Shown here piece by piece: positions 55,184 through 64,000 of a stretch of 64,000 bases of DNA. Position 1 is the stretch's first letter; every line of letters begins with the position of its first letter. This DNA comes from Raja brachyura (lineage: Eukaryota). Made by a program: the position numbers and the translations under genes. The stretch covers positions 129,890,001 through 129,954,000 of the forward strand of contig OY740783.1 in the NCBI GenBank assembly GCA_963514005.1, given 5' to 3'. A model generated the notes under the pieces. It saw nothing but the letters and a program-made list of their open reading frames with translations, made no database searches and was not told the origin of the DNA.

Positions 55184-58100
55184 TAAAAATATGTTAGTCG
55201 CAATTTTGCAGAGAATTTAAATTATTTTTTCTTCGTCCTTTGGCCGTTGCATTCAGTCATATCCTTCGCACCCAACGCAGAGCATACCGTATCACTACTG
55301 AACTGGCCCAACCTTTCTCAGGTAAACTCCATACTGATCCATGCTATCAGTTTAGATTATTGAATCAGGCCACTGAAGCCACGTCGACCATCGAGCATCA
55401 GTTCTACATCTCACTTTCTCATGGACTCTCTACACACTGTAAACGGCCCCCGGTGTGTCAGGAGTGGATGAGAAAATGGGACGACATGGAACTAGTGTGA
55501 GCAGGTGATTGTTGGTCAGCCTGGACTCCGTGGGCCGAAGGGCCCGTTTCATCGCTCTAACCTAAAACTAAAGCCCCGGCTCCACTTTCACGACCTAATT
55601 GGTGACCTCTGCCGAGTTTGCCCTTGACTCATACTCGCAGCATGGTCGCCACAAGCTCGTAGGAGGTCTTCGTAACTCTTCGTCGTGCTCGTGAGTGGTC
55701 CCCGCATACTCGTGGCCTCAAGTAGGTCGCGGCGTTTTTCCCAGCCTGATAAAAAATGTCCACAAGTTTAAAAAAAGGTCGGCATGGAAAATATGGACAC
55801 TTTTTACTCGTAGATAGGTCGTAGGTAAGTCATAGTAGGTTGTGATGGTAGTCGTAGGTAGGTCATAGATAGTTGTAGGTAATCGTAGGTCGGTAACTGG
55901 CCCGAGAAAGACAATGCAAACATGACATAATTTTATCACGTGATCATTTTCCACTCGTAGTTAGTCGTAGTTGGTCTTAGGTGTGGAAGACTGAGGTCGA
56001 GGGGGGTCGTAGGAGGTCGTAGGCATGGTCGGAGGAGGTCGTAGACATGGTCGGAGGAGGTCGTAGACATGGTCGTAGACATATTGGTAGGAGGTCTTTT
56101 ACTTTGTCGAGTCAACACGACCTTGACATTTTTTTCAACTCTTCTAGGGTTTTCTAAACTAGGTCGTCCAAGTGGGACAGGCCCTTAAATCTATTTCTAA
56201 ACTAAAACATTACAAGGGGCCATTAATAGAGGGCGATTAACCCACAATCCCGCACGTCTTTGGAATGGGGGTGAAAGGCGGACACCCGGTGGGAACCCAC
56301 TGGGTCACGGGGAGAACGTGCAAACTCCACACACAGACAGACAGTGCCCGATATCAGGATTTAACCCGGGTCTCTGGCACTGCCAGGCAGCTGCTCTACC
56401 AGGAAGGTTGCGTCACCGTGCTGCCCCCTAAATCTAACACCATACTAACCTCCTTCTCTGGACTTCACTCACCGAGCACCATCAGCGCCGACTAGCTCCT
56501 GACTCCTGTGCATGTCCAAGGACCAGGCTGCAGAAGGGTCTCGGCCCGAAACGTCACCCATTCCTTCTCTCCAGTGATGCTGCCTGCCCCGCTGAGTTAC
56601 TCCAGCTTTTTGTGTCTTTCTTCGGTTTAAACCAACGTCTGCAGTTCCTTTCTATGCACCATGACCTTGATTCCCGTACCCTGGGTAAAAGACTGTGCAT
56701 TGCTCTGTAAATATAATACCAGTTTTCCAATGCACTATTCTGCACACTGGGCATTCACCCTATCTTATCCCATCCTCCCTATATTACAACAAGACTAACA
56801 ATTAGAACATTCATTAAATGAGGTGGTGGGCCGCACAAGAAACATGAAAACAGATAGCGAGACATTCCCAGCCTGGGAAAACATAGAAACATAGACAATA
56901 GGTGCAGGAGTAGACAATAAGTGCAGGAGTCGACCATTCGACCCTTCAAGTCAGCACCGCCATTCAATACGATCACTGCTGATCATCCCCAATCAGTACC
57001 CCGTTCCTGCCTTCTCTCCATATCCCTTGATTCCGTTAGCCCTAAGAGCAAAATCTAACTCTCTCTTGAAAACATCCAATGAATTGGCCTCCACTGCCTT
57101 CTGTGGCAGAGAATTCCACAGATATGTAACTCTCTGGGTGAAAAAGCTTTTCATCTCAGACCTAAATTAATGCCTACCCCTTATTCTTAATTCTTAAAAA
57201 GGTTCAGCCTGTCTAAACTGAATGACAGGAGTATTTGGCTCGGGAAGCTTACAAGCCAGCAGTATGAATATTGGTTGGTCCAACTTCAAGTAACCCTTGC
57301 ATCCCCTCCCTCCATTCCTCCCGCACCCTAGCCATCGTACTAGTTTCATTGTCGTCCTGTTGAGTTTGTTTAATTCATTATCACCTACCCCAGTGCCAAC
57401 AATGGACAATTGTGAGCTCTATTCCTTAATCTTTCATTCATTTGATCCATTTGTCTATATCACCGTCTATATCTCTCGTTTCCCTTTCCCCTGTCTCTCA
57501 GTCTGAAGAAGGGTCTCAACGCGAAACGTCACCCATTCCTTTTCTCCAGAGATGCTGCCTGTCCCCACAGAATTACTCCAGCTTTTGGTGCCTGTCGACA
57601 GGGATACAGAGAGGTCTGGAGATGCCTGTGACGGTTCCCACAGTCAAATAGAACATTAGCAGCAGAGGCAGGAGGAGGACATTCTGCCCATCGTGCTTGT
57701 TCTATCACTCAATGGGTGTGTGGCTGATATTTTACCGCAGACCACTTTCCTCCTCCTCCTTAATCCTACAATCTCCAACAGTGGGCAGTACGGTGGCGCA
57801 GCGGAAAAAAACGGTGCGTTACTGCACCAGAGACCCGGGTTCGATCCGGACTACGGGTGCTGTCTGTATGGAATTTGCATGTTCCCCCTGTGACTGCGTG
57901 GGTTTTCTGTGGGAGCTCAGGTTTCCTCCCACACTCCAAAGACGTGCGGGTTTGTAGATGAATGGGCTTCAGTAGAAAATTGTAAATTGTCCCCAGTGTG
58001 CGTGGGACAGAACTAGTGTACAGGGTGATCGCTGGTCGGCACGGACTCGCTGGGCCAAAAGGCCTGTTTCCATGCTGGATCTCTAAAGTCAAAATCTCTC

Positions 58101-58391
58101 CGCCATCTGTCTGACTGAACCCCTGCCAACTTTTGTGGGTTAGTGCTTCAAAGATACACCAAACGCGGATGAGGAAATTATAACTCATCATGTTTGGTTG
58201 GAAGCATGGGAGCCGTTTAAAGAATGTTTCTCAATTGTACTCTTCATCGAATCATTTAGTGTTATGGAGTCATACAACGTGGAAACAGGCCCTTCATCCC
58301 AACTTGCCCCATCTACAATAGTCCTTCCTGCATGCGTTTGGCCCATATCCCTCTGAACCTGTCATATCCATGTACCTGTCGAAATGTTTCT

Positions 58392-58972
58392 AAATGAATG
58401 AATAAGTTAATTGGCCAAGTATTCACATACAAGGAATTTGCAAGTGACAACATGACATAGTGACAGTTAGGAATTACACACAAAACATTAAACATTAATA
58501 ATAAAACATTATCGATTAAACATGGTATTAATTAAATAAAATACCAGAGCAAAGGGAGGCTACAGATTTTTGGCTGTTGAGTAGAGCAACTACTCGTGGA
58601 TAAAAACTGTTATTTCATGTCTGGCTGTGGCAGCTTTGACAGTCCGGAGTTGCCTTCCAGAGGGAAGTGATTCAAAGAGTTTGTGGCCAGGGTGAGAGGG
58701 GTCAGAGGTGATCTTGCCCGCTCGCTTCCTGGCCCTTGCAGTGTACAGTTCATCAATGGGGGGAAGGTTGCAGCCAATAACCTTCTCTGCTGATCAGACG
58801 ATTCGCTGCAGCTTCCAGGTGTCGTGCTTGGTGGCTGAGCCAAACCAGACCATGATGGAGAAGGTGAGGACAGACCCTACGACAGCCGTGTAGAATTGAA
58901 CCATCATTGTCTGTGGCAGATTGTGTTTCCCCAGCTGCCGTAGGAAGTACATCCTCTATTGTGCCTTTTGAT
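58392..58972 (-). mobile_element. Rex1/Babar-like 3' fragment
   Basis: Near copy of 41980-42700. Confidence 0.8.
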
Positions 58973-59717
58973 AAGTGTCGTGATAATACCCGTCTCGACA
59001 ACCTCCTCCAGCAGCTCCTTATACAATATATTGTTGAGGCTGCGTTTGGAGTATTGTGGTCAGTTTTTTGTGTTCAGCTTTTGTCATCCTGCAGCAGGAA
59101 AGACGTGGTTACATAGGGAAGGATGCAGAGAAGATTTACGATGATGCTGCCAGGATTCAAGGAGCCCCAGCTTCAGGGAGAGGTTGGGCAGGTTAGGACT
59201 TTGCACCTTGGAACACAGAAGGATGAGGAGTGATCTTGGCGAGGTGTACAAAATCATGAGAGGAATAGATAAGGTGAACACACAGTCTTTACCCAGGGTA
59301 GGGGCATCAAGAAGGGGCACAGTCTTAGAATAAAGGCGAGTCCATTTAAGACTGAGGTGAGAAAAAACTTTTTCACCCAGAGAGTTGTGAATTTGTGGAA
59401 TTCCCTGCCACAGAGGGCAGTGGAGGCCAAATCACTGGATGGATTTAAGAGAGAGTTAGATAGAGCTCTAGGGACTGGTGGAATCAAGGGATATGGGGAG
59501 GAGGCAGGCACGGGTTATTGATTGGGGATGATCAGCCATGATCCTATTGAATGGCGGTGCTGCCTCAAAGGGTCGAATGGCCTCCTCCTGCACCTATTTT
59601 CTATGTTTGTAAGAACAGGGGACATAGGCTTAAGGTGTGGGGAGAAAGATTTAATAGAAATCTGAGGGTCAACTTTTTTACACAAAGGATGGTGGGTATA
59701 TAGAACAAGCTACCAGA

Positions 59718-62700
59718 ACTGCTAGCACAGTTGAATAGATTGAAATCAGACGTGATTTTCCTTCAAGAGACTCATCTTAAAAGAGATGCTCAACATAGAT
59801 TAACAGCAAAATGGATTTCCAAGGTATATCACTCTTCATTTATACACAAATCTAGAGGAGTTGCAATAATTATCCGTAAAGGTATACCTTTTAAACAAAA
59901 TTCTATAATAGAGGACAAAGAGGGTAGATATGTAATAATTACAGGGGAATTATATTCACAGAAAATAATTTTGGTGAATATATATGCCCCTAATTTTGAT
60001 AACCCACTATTTTTTAAGAAAATATTTAATAATATTCCTATTTCCACTCAATATAATTTAGTTATTGGGGGTGATTTTAATTGCACCTTAGATAGCTACC
60101 TAGACAGGTCTTCTACAAAAAGGAAAGCTACCTCTAATTCAAGTAAATGTTAAGGATATTTGGAGACTAGATAATCCATCCGGACGAGAATACTCGTTTT
60201 TTTCGCCCGTATATGGAACCTATTCTAGGATAGATTATTTTTTAATAGACTCAAAATTACTACCTTTTACGTATGACACAAAATATCATAATATTATTAT
60301 TTCAGATCATGCGCCACTAACATTCAAGATAAAACTAAAAGATATACTTAATAAAACGACTACTTGGAGATTTAATCCCCAGATATTAAAGGATAAGGAC
60401 TGTTGTAAACATGTAATGGAACAGATTAAACTATTTTTTGAAACTAATGACAAACCTGAGATTTCACCATCGTTACTCTGGGACACATTTAAAGCATTTA
60501 TGTGTGGTGCAATAATATCAGCACAGGCTTATTTTAATAAAGAAAATAGAAAGATGGAACAAAGGTTAGAAAATGAGATAAAACAACTAGATAGTGAAAA
60601 CATAAAACGCCCTTCTAAAGAGCTAAGTAATAAAATTGCAATAGCAAAATATAGACTAAATAAAATATATTCTAACCAAGTCATTAAACTATTTCAACAA
60701 ACCAAACAAGTGCACTTTGAGTTTGGAGACAAACCACAAAAACTGTTAGCACGACAACTTAGAAAATTAGAAGATGAAAAATTGATACATAGAATTAGAT
60801 CTGCGGATGGAAATATATTGACGATACCAAAAGATATTTATGATAGATTTCTACAATATTATCAAAATCTTTATTCATCTAAATTAACAGGACAAACAGT
60901 TGGTATGGAAACATTCCTACAAGAGTGTCAAATTAACAGTCTAGATCAGGAAGGTAGACATTTGTTAAACGCTGAAATAACAGTAAAAGATATTGAAGAA
61001 TCAATTAGTTCGTTAAAGAATGGAAAAGCAGCGGGCCCTGATGGCCTGAATGCAGAATTTTATAAAAAATTTCTAGACCTGATTTCCCCAAGATTATATA
61101 CAGTATATAGATATGCATATGAACAAGGCAAATTACCAGAATCTTTAAACAAATCCACAATTACACTCATTCCTAAGGTAGATAAGGATTTGGAAGATCC
61201 AGGATCATATAGAGCGATCGCACTTCTAAATACAGACCAAAAAATATTAACTAAAGTTTTATCTCAGAGATTAAGTTTAGTGATTTCTAAATTAATACAT
61301 CATGATCAAACAGGTTTTATTCCAAAACGCTATTCATCCCATAATCTCAGACGCTTGTTTAATATTATATATTCAAAAAGAGTACGGGACAGGGAATTAG
61401 CACTTGTATCGCTAGATGCAGAAAAGGCATTTGATCAGGTGAAATGGTTATATTTATTTAATATAATGGAAAAGTTTCAATTGGGGGATAGATTCTGTAA
61501 AGGGATAAGAATTTTATATTTGAATCCAACGGCAAGAATTTTAACTAATCAAATATTATCAGCTAAATTTAAGCTCTCTAGGGGATGTAGACAGCGATGT
61601 CCGTTATCGCCTTTACTATTTGCTTTGATGATAGAGCCCTTGGCGGAAAGAATCAGATCTGAACCTGAAATCTATGGCTATAATACTGACACAACAACTA
61701 ACAAAATATCTTTATATGCAGATGACGTTTTGATTTATATTACAAAACCGGAAATTAGTATACCTAAGCTGTTTAATGTTATAACAAAATTTGGCACATT
61801 TTCAGGATTTAGGATTAATTGGAACAAAAGTGATATTATGCCTATAACAGGAATTAATTTAAATATATTACAACAATATCCATTAAAAATAGTTACAGAC
61901 AAATTTAAATATTTAGGAATTAATGTAACTAAATCTTATAAATCACTAATTAATTCTAATTACCCTCTATTATTAGATAAACTTTAAAAAAATATTTTGT
62001 ATTGGAAAACACTTCCTATATCCATGATTGGAAGAATAAATGCTATAAAGATGGTGTTTTTACCACAATTATTATATTTGTTTCAGGCTATTCCTTTTTT
62101 TCTCCCAAAGACTTTAAAAAAAAAAGATAATATTATTTATAGTTTTATTTGGGATTATAAAAATCATAGAATAAGTAAAAAACATTTATGTAAATCTAAG
62201 ATAAACGGAGGACTAGCACTTCCAAATTTTTTATATTATTTTTGGGCAGTCCAGATTAAGAATATGAATTTTTGGTGGGTAAATATGGATCATGAACCAA
62301 TGTGGTTAAAGATGGAAAAGGAAGATTGTTTACCTTATAATGTAGGCTCGATTCTCTTTGCCCCAAAGGAAGTACAAAAAAAATTTATAGGGACAACCCT
62401 ATAATTTATAATAATAGACGTATTTGGAAACAAATAGTTAAGACTTTACAGCTAGATAATCTCTCACTCAGACTACCAATAACGAATAACCCATTATTTA
62501 AACCCTCTATATTGGATGGAGGGTTTAGACATTGGGATGATTTAGGAATTAAAAGGATAGAGCACCTTTATAGAAAAGTAAAATTTCTTTTATTCCAAGA
62601 GTTACAAGATATCTACGGATTGTCTCCGCAACACTTGTTTAGGTACTTACAAATTAGAGATTATATAAAATCCAACACACAAGATTATAAAAATAAAGTA

Positions 62701-63813
62701 CCAGGATTATTAGATGATTTGTTTAATTTGCACACAAATACAGAAAAATTAATAGCCTATATATATAACATAATTTTGGATAAGGAGAATCCGACAACTG
62801 AAACATATCGTCAAGCATGGGAGAATGAAATTGGTTTATCCATAACAAAAGAAAATTGGGAAGAAAGTTTACAGCAAATACATCGGTGTTCGTTAAATGC
62901 CGGACATACATTGATACAATTCAAAGTATTATATAGATTACATTATTCAAAAACTAAATTAAATAGTATCTTTCCCAATCTCTCTTCAATTTGTGATAAA
63001 TATAAGAATTTAGAAGCAAATTTAACACACAGTTTTGCTACATGTCCCAAATTGAATCACTACTGGACAGAAAATTTTAAGGTTATTTCTGAGGTTCTTA
63101 AAATTAGATTGGATCCAGACGCAAAGTTATTAATACTTGGAATTTTGGATTCAAATTCGGTACTTACAGTAAATCAAAGAAATTTATTTGATTACTGTTT
63201 GATAATAGGGAAAAAAATCATATTGAAATTTTGGAAGGGAACATTAACCCCCACAATTAAAATGTGGGCAGCAGAAATGTTGGAGACGTTACAATTAGAA
63301 AGAATCAGATTTGTCCTATTGGACAAATATAATACCTTCGAACAAATATGGTCTCCATATATACAGTATTTAGAGAAGTAGCTGTTCTTGACATCACAGC
63401 TTGACGGGTACCCTGCGGGACGATGAGAATAACATATTCTTATACTAGGATTAATAGGCATGTCTTCATTGATATTATTATTTTTTAATAGTTTTAGATA
63501 CAATATATTTTGTTGATTTTCATTTATATATATATAATATCTTTTCACTTTTTGTTAACCTTTTTTCCTTTCTCTATTTTCTTTTTCTCTTTTATATAAT
63601 CAAATTATTATTTAATCACTCTCTTATTGATTTAAAACTACTCTATCCTTATCTTTATTTCCTAAAAAAATAGAAGATAATAACTTTCAACGGGTTATTT
63701 AAAAAAAATATGGAATTAAGTTGATGTTTGTATATGTTTACACTATTGTAAATTGATTACTTCTAATAAAAGAAATTAAACAAGAGATTCATACAACTGC
63801 TAAAAAAAAAAAA
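59718..63813 (+). mobile_element. L1-clade LINE, truncated near the start of ORF2, with several stops/frameshifts, 3'UTR and poly(A)
   Basis: FLQETH, NIYAPN and GGDFN (APE). KAAGPDG, SLDAEKAFD and YADD (RT). AATAAA at 63765-63770 and an A-tail at 63802-63813. AT-rich, inserted in a CR1 fragment. Confidence 0.95.
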
Positions 63814-64000
63814 GAGGTAGTTTGAACGACAATCGGGCAGGTGCATGGATAGGACAGGTTTAGAGGGATACGGGCCAAACACGGGCAGGTGGAACTAGTG
63901 TCAAAGGGGCTTGTTGATCAGCATGGGCAAGTTGGGAAGACACTTAACATACAAATGAAAAAATACACTTTTTAAACAAAAAGCAAGATGGTGGCCAAGC

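Noticed and set aside
59717-63802. aactgcta as the L1 target-site duplication
   Set aside because: The left copy is in frame with ORF2 (LLAQLNRLK) and the right copy precedes the poly(A), so it is not in TSD position

Overview
Vertebrate genomic DNA, most likely from a cartilaginous fish (skate or ray). This is inferred from dense HE1-like tRNA-derived SINEs, CR1/HER1-like LINEs, Penelope, Rex1/Babar, L1/Tx1 and DIRS elements. Most of the window is transposon-derived and nearly all short ORFs in the track are repeat artefacts. One spliced host gene on the + strand can be rebuilt by hand across about 45 kb (7307-52201), with 11 coding exons, consistent splice phases, 1323 nt and 440 aa. It encodes a signal peptide, a Siglec-15-like V domain with the essential Arg, a second Siglec-15-derived V domain (no Arg, very long F-G loop, no C2 domain), an uncharged TM segment and a tail with three ITIM-type tyrosine motifs. 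Two of those motifs come from a ~3.3-kb intragenic tandem duplication. This looks like an inhibitory, tandem-V, Siglec-15-like receptor. Other notable content: a near-complete DIRS retrotransposon (ITRs, ICR, RT/RNase H, adenine methyltransferase, tyrosine recombinase) in intron 1; Penelope elements and ~100-bp solo insertions carrying minimal hammerhead-ribozyme cores with 11-15 bp TSDs; 66-bp arrays derived from the same terminal repeat; an LTR joined to an over-long tRNA-Leu copy; Harbinger, hAT and Helitron-like non-autonomous elements; and a 5'-truncated L1. Exon coordinates were read base by base, while repeat boundaries are approximate. No database searches were run.
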